Source: Bacteroidota bacterium (GTDB lineage: Bacteria; Bacteroidota; Bacteroidia; AKYH767-A; OLB10). Taken from it: DNA of 64,000 nucleotides. The notes beneath the pieces were generated by a model, which did no database searches, had not been told where the DNA came from, and saw only the letters and a program-made list of their open reading frames with translations. A program made the translations under genes and the position numbers. Location of the stretch: assembly GCA_024643795.1 (NCBI GenBank), contig JAHEMF010000002.1, positions 14-64,013 on the forward strand, written 5' to 3'. Numbering within the stretch: the first letter of the stretch is position 1; the number at the start of each line of letters is the position of its first letter. Positions 31,299 through 39,832 of this stretch are shown in pieces.

Positions 31299-32292
31299 AA
31301 TACAGTCATTACCGGGCAAGGTCAGGCTCTTATTCATCATTGTTTTATCTTCTATCATTCATGGATGTGATGAATCTATTCTCTCTGATGCAACAGGTAA
31401 GAATGGTGAACTAATAGTAGTGGTTGATACTTCTTTATGGAATGGAGAAGTGGGTAAGTTGATCCGCGATTCCATTTCCCCGGACTTCCCCGGCTTACCT
31501 CAGAATGAGCCATTATTCAGGCTTATACAGGTTGAAAGTTCGGAGTTCAAAAGCATTTTACGTTCCCACAGAAACGTGCTTATTATTTCTGAATCTGATT
31601 CTGTTGGAGAATTAAACTATAACATTAGTGAAACCCGGAACAAATGGTCAAAGGGTCAGTTGGTTATTAATTTATTTGGCACTGATGAATCCTGGCTGCA
31701 GGCTGCTGTATTGAATTTTGCAACTTCAATAAGAGAAAAGTTTTATCTTGAAGACAGGCAAAGAATGATAAATGGGTATTCAAGTCTTTCCGATCCCTTG
31801 CTCAACAATGAACTTGAATCTGAGCTTAGTGTACGCATGCCACTTACGCATGATTTTTTTATTGCAACAAAAAAGGAAAATTACTGCTGGATAAGAAGAG
31901 AGACGGAATATGTAAGCATAGGGGTGCAAATATATCGGTTACCATACGATTCAGATTCCTTATTTAATGAGTCAAAAATCATTCATATCCGCGACTCAGT
32001 CTCTAAGTTGAATATTCCAGGCCCATCTGCAGGAAGTTATATGATCACCGAATCAAGATTTCAGCCTGTTGTTGATTATGACCGTGTTGCAGATTGTTAT
32101 ACAAAAGTTTTGCGAGGGCTGTGGAAAACTGAAAATGATTTCATGGGAGGACCCTTTGCTTTGTATAGTGTCCTGGATGAAAAAAAGCAGGAGGTTATTT
32201 TTATAGACGTATTCCTATACTCTCCTAAGTTTGACAAAAAGGATTACATGAGACAGATGGATGCGGTGGTTTACGGACTTAGTTTAAAATAA
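31291..32292 (+). CDS. DUF4837 family lipoprotein
   Basis: Lipobox-like IHGC; PGLPQNEPLF, RGLW...DFMGGPF and YSPKFDKKDYMRQ motifs; follows mltD as in other Bacteroidota. Confidence 0.75.
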   Translation: MAKIQSLPGKVRLLFIIVLSSIIHGCDESILSDATGKNGELIVVVDTSLWNGEVGKLIRDSISPDFPGLPQNEPLFRLIQVESSEFKSILRSHRNVLIISESDSVGELNYNISETRNKWSKGQLVINLFGTDESWLQAAVLNFATSIREKFYLEDRQRMINGYSSLSDPLLNNELESELSVRMPLTHDFFIATKKENYCWIRRETEYVSIGVQIYRLPYDSDSLFNESKIIHIRDSVSKLNIPGPSAGSYMITESRFQPVVDYDRVADCYTKVLRGLWKTENDFMGGPFALYSVLDEKKQEVIFIDVFLYSPKFDKKDYMRQMDAVVYGLSLK

Positions 32293-32323
32293 AAAAGCAC
32301 CTGTGAAATAACAGGTGCTTTTT
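32291..32323. terminator. Bidirectional terminator
   Basis: AAAAAAGCACCTGT-GAAATA-ACAGGTGCTTTTT between convergent genes. Confidence 0.88.
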
Positions 32324-32344
32324 ACTGACGATTTTTAAATTTTC

Positions 32345-32770
32345 TTAAGCAGCAGCTTGTCCCCTGCCCAGCCACCAACCGATAACTCCGCCAACAACGG
32401 CTCCGAATACGGCATTGAGCAAAACATCAACAGCTATAATAGTATAATTTGTAAACATTTCTGATTGAGCTTGCAACATCAAATTCATGCCCAGAAACAT
32501 CAGAATGCAAATCATAGCACCGCATTTAGCACCCTCTTTAAAATCACGAATATTCATTTGATCAAATAAGTAAGCAAGCATCAAAGACCAAAAGATTTGG
32601 GCAACAAAGATCATCCAGAGAATAGGCTCTGGTCTGGAAATCTCATTTACAAACAGCTCGTTCATATTACTTTCATAGTAGTCCATGGTCAACATTCCCC
32701 ATAAGACCCAACCCGCTAAGAAAGCAACAACTGCACCAATAAGAGTGGCAACAAGTACTTGTGTTTTCAT
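32345..32770 (-). CDS. Four-TM membrane protein, DUF1761-like
   Basis: Four hydrophobic helices; GAVVAFLAGWVLWG motif. Confidence 0.6.
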   Translation of the reverse strand: MKTQVLVATLIGAVVAFLAGWVLWGMLTMDYYESNMNELFVNEISRPEPILWMIFVAQIFWSLMLAYLFDQMNIRDFKEGAKCGAMICILMFLGMNLMLQAQSEMFTNYTIIAVDVLLNAVFGAVVGGVIGWWLGRGQAAA

Positions 32771-32901
32771 GATATTTTGGTTTTGGTTTAATTGAAAGTA
32801 AAAAGGAATACGCCAAATTAATTACCATAGGTAAATGACTTATACACATTTGGATAAACAAACTTGGTTAACCAATCACAAGTAATTGAAAATCAGCTTA
32901 T

Positions 32902-33402
32902 TTAAATCCAACTACAAATAATACCCCCCATTATGATCATACTCAATGTCCAATAACCGGTATTGATCCAGATATATTTCCATCCCTTTCTTTCAAATAG
33001 TGCATTAATGCTGATAACAGGTAAAACCAATAAAACCGATGAGATAAACCCATGTAAAGCACCATGCTTGAATGTTCTGAAGTTGCTCCCATATTTTAAC
33101 ATAAATTCATCTACATAATTCTGAATTGCTGAACCGCTTTCACCAAACCCTGGCTCATTCAACAGAATTGAGTAAAAGTGAGATTGATGTATTACCAGAA
33201 GGCTGGTTCCAAGCGAAAATAGTAGGCTCATTATAAAGGTCAATCCAAAGATCAGAGGCATGTTTGCCCCTTTTGCCTTTTCTTCGGTCATGCCAGAGGC
33301 ATTCATCCATGCAGTGCCACATACTTTTGGGTTGTACCAGATCATACCGGTAAGCAGTGGGATCAGGGCAGCCACCAGGATCGCCAGATAATTCATTTCC
33401 AT
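32902..33402 (-). CDS. DUF1761 family membrane protein
   Basis: NYLAILVAAL, GMIWYNPK..GTAWM, FRTFKHGALHG and LFERKGWKYIWIN.GYW motifs. Confidence 0.8.
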   Translation of the reverse strand: MEMNYLAILVAALIPLLTGMIWYNPKVCGTAWMNASGMTEEKAKGANMPLIFGLTFIMSLLFSLGTSLLVIHQSHFYSILLNEPGFGESGSAIQNYVDEFMLKYGSNFRTFKHGALHGFISSVLLVLPVISINALFERKGWKYIWINTGYWTLSMIIMGGIICSWI

Positions 33403-33501
33403 GATTTTGTGTTTTTGGTTTGCTCTAAATTAGACTTTTTGATCAAAAGCCAAAAAATAACACAGCGATTAAAAGTTTGCCAGAATGCAGAATCAGAAAA
33501 A

Positions 33502-34455
33502 TTAAAATACCTTTTCAGCTATTCGTTTCACAATCTCGGCATTACCCATAGTATAGTAATGCAAACAAGGGACCCCTTTTTTCATGAGTTCTTTTGACTG
33601 AGAAATACACCATTCAATTCCCAGTTCTTTTACTTCTGTATCCGACGTACAGTTTTCCAGATCTTTCATTAGGTCGATCGGCAAGTCAATATGAAAAGTT
33701 TTAGGTAGCAGATTTATTTGTTTGAGTGTGGTTATTGGTTTTAATCCCGGGATGATCGGAACATTAATACCTGCTTCACGACATTTATCTACAAAGCTGA
33801 AGAATTTCGCATTGTCGAAAAACATTTGAGTTACTACATATTGTGCACCAGCATCTATCTTCTGCTTCAAATATTTTACGTCCATTGCAATGTTTGGTGC
33901 TTCAAAATGCTTTTCAGGATATCCGGCTACACCAATACAAAAATCTGATGGTTCTGAATCTTTCAGATCTTCATCTAAAAATTTTCCATGATTCATACTC
34001 ACAACCTGTTTAACCAGGTCTATGGCATAGTTATTTCCACCTTGCTCCGGTGCAAAATGAGGTTCTGTTTTTATAGGGTCACCCCGCAACAATAAAACGT
34101 TATTGATACCTAAATAATTTAGTTCTATTAATGCATTCTCTGTTTCCTCCCTGGTAAACCCGCCACATATGATATGCGGAACCGCGTCTGTTTTATAGCG
34201 GTTCATTATAGCTGCGCAAATACCTACAGTTCCAGGCCTTTTACGTATCGAGATTTTTTCAAGATATCCGCCTTCTCTCTTTTTATAAACATATTCTTCG
34301 CGGTGATATGTTACGTCAATAAAAGGAGGGTTGAATTCCATTAACGGATCTATCATTTTATACACAGATTCTATACTACGTCCCTTGAGAGGTGGTAATA
34401 TCTCTATTGAAAATAAAGTTTTATCTGTGCCTGATAGGTGATCTGTAATTTTCAT
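33502..34455 (-). CDS. metF: 5,10-methylenetetrahydrofolate reductase
   Basis: FSIEILPP, LRGDP, VAGYPEKH, TQMFFD and LHYYTMG motifs; start moved to ATG 34455. Confidence 0.93.
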   Translation of the reverse strand: MKITDHLSGTDKTLFSIEILPPLKGRSIESVYKMIDPLMEFNPPFIDVTYHREEYVYKKREGGYLEKISIRKRPGTVGICAAIMNRYKTDAVPHIICGGFTREETENALIELNYLGINNVLLLRGDPIKTEPHFAPEQGGNNYAIDLVKQVVSMNHGKFLDEDLKDSEPSDFCIGVAGYPEKHFEAPNIAMDVKYLKQKIDAGAQYVVTQMFFDNAKFFSFVDKCREAGINVPIIPGLKPITTLKQINLLPKTFHIDLPIDLMKDLENCTSDTEVKELGIEWCISQSKELMKKGVPCLHYYTMGNAEIVKRIAEKVF

Positions 34456-34487
34456 GGCTGCAATGATAATAAATATGATGGAGTGAT

Positions 34488-34551
34488 AATAAAAAAGGCG
34501 TCCCAAAGGACGCCTTTCTGAGTAAAATAAATTTCAGTTTACCGAGCTCAG
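34488..34551. repeat. 64-bp direct repeat, copy 1 (contains the terminator of 34548..37712)
   Basis: 55/64 identical to 37912..37975 by manual ungapped alignment. Confidence 0.85.
34491..34517 (-). terminator. Intrinsic terminator of the 1054-aa T9SS cargo gene
   Basis: AAAAAA-GGCGTCC-CAAA-GGACGCC-TTT; U tract on the minus strand. Confidence 0.85.
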
Positions 34552-37500
34552 TTGACTTCTCTGAGCAATTTCACGGTACCCTGGTATGATTTTCCGCTCT
34601 GCAGATTCAGGGAGTAGAAGTAAGTTCCGTCAGGCAGATCATCACCGTCCCAGTTATTCTGGTAGTTTCCTGACTCATACACGATGTTACCCCATCGGTT
34701 GAATATTTTGAGTGCGCTGTTAGGATTAGCCTCTAGATTTTTGATGAAGAACACATCATTCTTGTTGTCACCATTACCTGGGGTAAATATGTTAGGGATC
34801 ACCACATCACAAGGTGAGATGGTAACATCATCCTGTCCTCGGCATCCGTTAGGATCGGTAACTTCTACGGTATATACTCCTGAAGCAGCAGGGGTGATGG
34901 TTTGTCCGGTTTCACTGATGATGCTGCCGTTGAGTGACCACACGTAGGAGCTACCTGCATTACCGGCATCCAGTGAAGGAGGCGTAGATCCGTCACCGCA
35001 AATGAGCTGGTTCTCACCCAGCTCAACCACCGGATTGGGGTTCACGGTAAGTGAGAGACTTGAAGAGCCATCGCAACCGTCGTTATTGGTCACGGTTACA
35101 TCATAGGTGCCTGTAGAACTAACAGTGATGGTAGCGGTAGTTTCACCGGTACTCCATTGGTAGGAGTTAAATCCGGCACCGGCATCGAACACAGAGTTCT
35201 CACCGTCACAGATATCGGTATCACCGGTCACCACCGGAGCAGGAGCCGTAAGGTTCACCGCATTAGCAGTGCCTGTACCGTCGCAGGTAGCACCAGATAT
35301 GGTAACAGTAACGGTATAGGTACCTGCTGAGGTTGGTGTAATGGTTTGAGTGGTTTCACCGGTACTCCACAGATAATTTGATCCGGGGTTTCCGGCATCC
35401 AGAGGAGCAAAGGCATCACCCGGACAAGCGAACACATCGGTAATGGAAACCGAAGGAGAAGCGATCACACTGATCTGCATGCTATCGGTACCCTGGCAAC
35501 CAGATAGGGTGGTCACCTGTACTGTATAGACTCCCGGAGCGTTCAGTCCCGGCTGATAGGTCTGGCTGTTGGCTCCTGAAATAGGCTGGCCGTTGAGCAA
35601 CCACACATACGATGAGTTGGGAACGTTGGCCACCAATGCTGTAGGTGAATCATTATCACAAATGGTCTGGTCCGGGCCGATGGTTACCACCAGCTGAGCA
35701 GCAATGCTGATAGCTACCGAGTCGGTACCCACACAGTTGGTACCTGAAGTAGATACTACCACGGAATAGTTACCAGCCTGAGTAGGCTGATAGAACTGAC
35801 CAGTAGCGTTAGGTATAGCTACACCGCTATTGAACCACTGGAAGTTGGCACCGGAGTTACCAGCGTTAAGCGGCGGGATAGGGTCGGTGTTACATAAGCT
35901 CAGGTCAGGCCCCAGGTTAACAACAGGAGACTGTTCAATGAGTACTTCAACAGTATCCGTACCGAAACAGGCAGGTGATGCTGTAACGGTAACCACATAG
36001 GTACCGGATTGAGAAGCAGTGATGGTTTGATTGGTTTCGTTAGGCAGGATGTTGCCGTTTAACGCCCATATATAAGTGAAGTTAGAAAGTCCGGCATCAA
36101 GAACAGGAGTAGGGTCGGTATCGCACACAGCAATATCAGGACCGGCACTCACGATAAGGTTGTTGATGATATTAAGCACCGCCAGAGTATCACCGGCGTT
36201 GATATAGGTTCCGCAATCGTTCGTAAATGTGTTGTTGTCGGTACCATTTTGAACAATGAGGTACACCGGAGTAGCTGGAGAAATGTTGCTACCCACACTG
36301 AAGGTGATGGAGTTTGAAACGCCGTTACCACCGGGGCAGTTCGTCACTGCAGTTACCGGATACTGGGTTCCGTTGGCATCCACCAAGAAGAATTCGGATC
36401 CGCCACCCGATAAGGTATTGCATTGCACATTGTACTGGAAGGTTACAGTAATATCGTTGAAGGTACATCCTACATTGAGCACCTCAGTATCAAAGATACC
36501 TGGATCGATAACCTCGTAACCTAGTGAATCAAATTCAGGCATCTCAACACCACATTCACTCAGGAATGTGTTGCCGTCGAACCCGGTCTTGGTAAAGGCA
36601 TAAGTTATACCTGCAGTGAGCGGATAAAATACGGTTACCAGAATGCTGTCGGTTTGTCCGTTGGTACAATTGATAGGCACAGCATTAAGAACAGGATTAG
36701 GTGTTCCCTGAGGTGTTACCACACGTATATCGGTAGGCACAATGGAAGCACACTGAACAGGATCCTGAAGTACCAGAATGAAAGTAGTGTCGGCGCATGA
36801 AGCCGTATAGAACTGGGTAGGATTACCCTGTGGATCGGTAGGAGGGGTCCATGCCGGAGCAGAACCGATACATCCACCCACTATGTTGATTTGAATATCT
36901 CTCTTTACATGACCGATTTTAAATCCATTGCGAAACTCTTCGCACAGTACGGCTATAACGCCCACCTCTATTTGAGAAGGTATGAAGTTGATGGTACCTG
37001 TTTGTGGGTCAATAGAAACCGGACCGTTAGTTGCTACAGGCTGTAAACCGCTGTAGCCTGGCTGATATTGCAATGAAGTAGCACCGGGATTACCCTGAGC
37101 ATCCACCAGTGAATATACCAGTGAGTCTCCGTCAATATCGGTAGCACCCTGGTTGTAGAAGAACTGATTACCTACACAGAATTGAGTTACCGGAATGTTT
37201 GAGAATACCGGTGAGCTGTTTGTAGGTGCATTTAAATTATCCAGGAAACTGGTCACATACATATCATCTCCACCCGGACCAACAATAGTTGTGATCTGAG
37301 CATTACGGCAACATAATGAAAATACAAACTGCCAGTCAGAACAGGCAACCGGTAAATTAACGGTTCCCTGATAGATCCATTCTTGCACTCCGTACCCTGA
37401 TCCTCCATTACAAGTAGTTGTTACCGGAGGTAGACATGGCGATGGCGGGATCGGCTGCCCGGTTCCAGGAATGGCTTGCAGGGTAATATTTCCTCCTGCC

Positions 37501-37712
37501 GCACAGCTGGAGCTATAATTCACTGTAGTGCTGGTTGGAGCTGTAATACCGTCACAGTCTCTGTAAAACCTTAAGGTTACTAGGTATTGGTTAGGACCTA
37601 TGTATTCATATGTAACGTCGGCACCTACGCCATGAGAGGCAAATGCCTCGTCAGCAGGTAGTGCAAATACTGCAACCAGGGCTGTCACAAGGATCGATAA
37701 TAGCTTTTTCAT
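34548..37712 (-). CDS. Large secreted T9SS cargo/adhesin with six Cys-containing Ig-like repeats and a type B (gliding motility-associated) C-terminal domain
   Basis: Signal peptide (AFA-SH); N-terminal SHGVGAD..Y..LRFYRDC domain; six ~75-80 aa repeats (LGPD..C..LDAG..Y.W..GTY.V.VT..C.GTD); CTD IPNIFTPGNGDNKNDVF..IFNRWG..WDG..GTYFY..GTVKLLR. Confidence 0.88.
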   Translation of the reverse strand: MKKLLSILVTALVAVFALPADEAFASHGVGADVTYEYIGPNQYLVTLRFYRDCDGITAPTSTTVNYSSSCAAGGNITLQAIPGTGQPIPPSPCLPPVTTTCNGGSGYGVQEWIYQGTVNLPVACSDWQFVFSLCCRNAQITTIVGPGGDDMYVTSFLDNLNAPTNSSPVFSNIPVTQFCVGNQFFYNQGATDIDGDSLVYSLVDAQGNPGATSLQYQPGYSGLQPVATNGPVSIDPQTGTINFIPSQIEVGVIAVLCEEFRNGFKIGHVKRDIQINIVGGCIGSAPAWTPPTDPQGNPTQFYTASCADTTFILVLQDPVQCASIVPTDIRVVTPQGTPNPVLNAVPINCTNGQTDSILVTVFYPLTAGITYAFTKTGFDGNTFLSECGVEMPEFDSLGYEVIDPGIFDTEVLNVGCTFNDITVTFQYNVQCNTLSGGGSEFFLVDANGTQYPVTAVTNCPGGNGVSNSITFSVGSNISPATPVYLIVQNGTDNNTFTNDCGTYINAGDTLAVLNIINNLIVSAGPDIAVCDTDPTPVLDAGLSNFTYIWALNGNILPNETNQTITASQSGTYVVTVTASPACFGTDTVEVLIEQSPVVNLGPDLSLCNTDPIPPLNAGNSGANFQWFNSGVAIPNATGQFYQPTQAGNYSVVVSTSGTNCVGTDSVAISIAAQLVVTIGPDQTICDNDSPTALVANVPNSSYVWLLNGQPISGANSQTYQPGLNAPGVYTVQVTTLSGCQGTDSMQISVIASPSVSITDVFACPGDAFAPLDAGNPGSNYLWSTGETTQTITPTSAGTYTVTVTISGATCDGTGTANAVNLTAPAPVVTGDTDICDGENSVFDAGAGFNSYQWSTGETTATITVSSTGTYDVTVTNNDGCDGSSSLSLTVNPNPVVELGENQLICGDGSTPPSLDAGNAGSSYVWSLNGSIISETGQTITPAASGVYTVEVTDPNGCRGQDDVTISPCDVVIPNIFTPGNGDNKNDVFFIKNLEANPNSALKIFNRWGNIVYESGNYQNNWDGDDLPDGTYFYSLNLQSGKSYQGTVKLLREVN

Positions 37713-37768
37713 TTTTTCGTTTTGGTTTTTAAGATCTTGGGATAGTTATAATGTATTTCCTTTTGTTA

Positions 37769-37798
37769 AAAGACGATTTGAAGCGCATTCTAGTTGCA
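37769..37798 (-). promoter_or_regulatory. ECF sigma-type promoter of the T9SS cargo gene
   Basis: Minus strand TGCAAC (37798-37793), 17-nt spacer, CGTCTTT; same motif and spacing as upstream of the ECF gene. Confidence 0.75.
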
Positions 37799-37911
37799 GC
37801 TGCAGAAGATAAAAAGGAAATATTATATAAGTATAAAGTGTTTATATTCAGTTAGTTAAATAGATTTAGCCTGAAAAAGGTGTTTTAAAGTCCTCAAATT
37901 CAGGCCATAAA

Positions 37912-37975
37912 AATAAAAAAGACGTCCCAAAGGACGTCTTTTTAAGCAAAATAAATTTCAGATTACAGGGGTCAG
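37912..37975. repeat. 64-bp direct repeat, copy 2
   Basis: 55/64 identical to 34488..34551. Confidence 0.85.
37915..37943 (-). terminator. Intrinsic terminator of the sigma/anti-sigma operon
   Basis: AAAAAA-GACGTCC-CAAA-GGACGTC-TTTTT. Confidence 0.85.
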
Positions 37976-38022
37976 CGGATCTGATGGTCCCTCATAAATG
38001 ATCCCCGGCTGATATCTTAGTT

Positions 38023-39219
38023 TCAACGCATGAGTTTCAGAGTTCCTTTATGATTGTGAACCTTACCGTCATTTCCTGTAGCATATATCACATAAAAGTA
38101 AGTTTCCTTAGGAGCTGCTTCGCCATTACCAAGGTTGCCATTCCATCCAAGTTCAGGATCAGTGAAACGTGCTACCTGCTTACCTCTACGGTCATAAATT
38201 GCCACATCAACTGAGGCTAGTTGCTCAGACCTGATGGTGAAAATATCATTGATACCATCTCCATTTGGCGTAAATACGTTAGGAATGAAATTTTTTAGAA
38301 AATCATCTTCTTCAACTGTAACCAACACGGGTTCTTTATGTGTATTTCCATCCCCATCTTTGAAACTTGCCCATGCAGTATATGTGCCGGGTATCTCATA
38401 TTCATGACTTATTGCTGAACCACCAAATCCTGATGCTCCATCTCCGAACTCCCAAACAACTTCTCCATGGAAGGCAGGAACTTTAAGGTCAACACCCAAA
38501 GGTGCCACACCCTTAACAGGATCTGCAACCAACTCAAATTGCTTCAGCTGAGTTGCTGATTTATCAGGAATATTTTCACGTGTTACTTGACCTGGAGTTT
38601 GCTTTTGTTGTGTGGGACTATTTTCAACTACAGTTTTTTCAGCATGAGCTAATAATACAGGATCACTCTGATCAGTAGCCCTTTGGTTTCCTGACTGAGT
38701 TACACTTACCGGTGCTGAAGGATTAAGCTTCTGAACAGGAGTGTTATTTTTTGCGCGTTTCTGAACAGCTGAATTATTTTCAACAGCTGAACTATTACTT
38801 GAATGGGATGTATTCTCCTCAGATCGGTTTTCCTGCAAATCAGATTCTTCACCCATCGACATGGCAGTTGTATTGGATGGTTCCATCTGCTGCGAGGGAT
38901 CTTCATAAATATTACCGGCTTGCTCAGTGCTTTGACTGTTCTGAACATTTGCAGATTCTTCCTCTTTTGGAGATGCGAAGTACAGTACGGAAGCAGTAAC
39001 AGCCACGATAGCTGCACCTCCCCATACACCCAGCCCAAGCCCTCCTTTGGCACCACTGGCTGCTGATGTTACACCACCTGAATTCCCTGAAGGGGATGAC
39101 GGTGCTGAAGGTGTTGGGATTTGACTCTTGATCGAATCCCAAAGTTCAGGCCTGACCGGCTCTTCATAACCGTTGAAGGTGTCCCTGAATAAATTTTCTA
39201 TGTTTTCTTTCGGTTCCAC
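38023..39219 (-). CDS. Putative membrane anti-sigma factor with a PKD domain and a type B T9SS C-terminal domain
   Basis: No signal peptide; N-terminal IENLFRDTFNGYEEPVRPELWDSI motif; TM helix aa ~61-83; S/N/Q/E/T-rich linker aa ~84-225; PKD (WEFGDG..SHEY..PGTY); CTD IPNVFTPNGDGINDIF..IYDRRG..WNG..TYFY..KGTLKLMR; GTG start abuts the sigma TAA. Confidence 0.8.
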   Translation of the reverse strand: MEPKENIENLFRDTFNGYEEPVRPELWDSIKSQIPTPSAPSSPSGNSGGVTSAASGAKGGLGLGVWGGAAIVAVTASVLYFASPKEEESANVQNSQSTEQAGNIYEDPSQQMEPSNTTAMSMGEESDLQENRSEENTSHSSNSSAVENNSAVQKRAKNNTPVQKLNPSAPVSVTQSGNQRATDQSDPVLLAHAEKTVVENSPTQQKQTPGQVTRENIPDKSATQLKQFELVADPVKGVAPLGVDLKVPAFHGEVVWEFGDGASGFGGSAISHEYEIPGTYTAWASFKDGDGNTHKEPVLVTVEEDDFLKNFIPNVFTPNGDGINDIFTIRSEQLASVDVAIYDRRGKQVARFTDPELGWNGNLGNGEAAPKETYFYVIYATGNDGKVHNHKGTLKLMR

Positions 39220-39759
39220 TTAAACCAATTTTTCTGTTGTTTCTACCAATTTCTGCAAATAAACCCTTGCCCGTGAATATTGTGATTTTGAGGTACTCTC
39301 AGAGATTCCTAGCATTGAAGCTATCTCTTTGTGGGCAAAACCCTCTACTGCATATAAATTAAATACTGTTCTGAATCCTGGTGGCATGGTTCTCATCAAT
39401 TTGAGAAGATCTTTGGCATTCATAGACTCAATTGTATGATCTTCTGCAAATGCCTCTGCACTGGCCACTTCAAGATCTATCATCTTGCCGAACGATTTAT
39501 TCTTCCTTATCTGATCCAATGCGGTATTTACCATAACTCTTCGTATCCATCCTTCCAATGACCCTTCTCCTTTGAAACTGCTGATCCTGAAAAAGACCTT
39601 TATAAAGCCCTCCTGCAGGATATCTTCAGCCTCATCAGATGAACTTGCGTATCGGGCGCATACACCAAGCATCCGGCCGCTGAAGCGGTCGAATAATTGT
39701 TTTTGTGCCTTAGGATCGCCTTCACGGCAACCCTTTGCGAGTTCTTCATCAGGTATCAT
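39220..39759 (-). CDS. ECF RNA polymerase sigma factor (probably ECF21-like)
   Basis: Region 2 AEDILQEGFIKVF and GSLEGWIRRVMVNTALD; region 4 RTVFNLYAVEGFAHKEIASMLGISESTSKSQYSRAR. Confidence 0.93.
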   Translation of the reverse strand: MIPDEELAKGCREGDPKAQKQLFDRFSGRMLGVCARYASSSDEAEDILQEGFIKVFFRISSFKGEGSLEGWIRRVMVNTALDQIRKNKSFGKMIDLEVASAEAFAEDHTIESMNAKDLLKLMRTMPPGFRTVFNLYAVEGFAHKEIASMLGISESTSKSQYSRARVYLQKLVETTEKLV

Positions 39760-39777
39760 TGGCTTGATGCTCAGGTT

Positions 39778-39807
39778 AAAGACCCATAAAAAGGCGATAG
39801 GGTTGCA
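39778..39807 (-). promoter_or_regulatory. Putative autoregulatory ECF promoter of the sigma gene
   Basis: Minus strand TGCAAC (39807-39802), 17-nt spacer, GGTCTTT. Confidence 0.75.
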
Positions 39808-39832
39808 CAGGGGTCATTTATTTTTTCTCTTA

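Noticed and set aside
35140-35370. Repeated GTTTCACCGGTACTCCA as a possible CRISPR or DGR repeat
   Set aside because: Encodes WSTGET in adjacent Ig-like protein repeats; no regular spacers, no cas or reverse transcriptase gene, no adenine-specific variation
37972-38012. Imperfect hairpin TCAGC-GGATC/GATCC-GCTGA in the anti-sigma 3' UTR as an ncRNA
   Set aside because: Short, bulged stem with no independent promoter; not distinguishable from chance without covariation data
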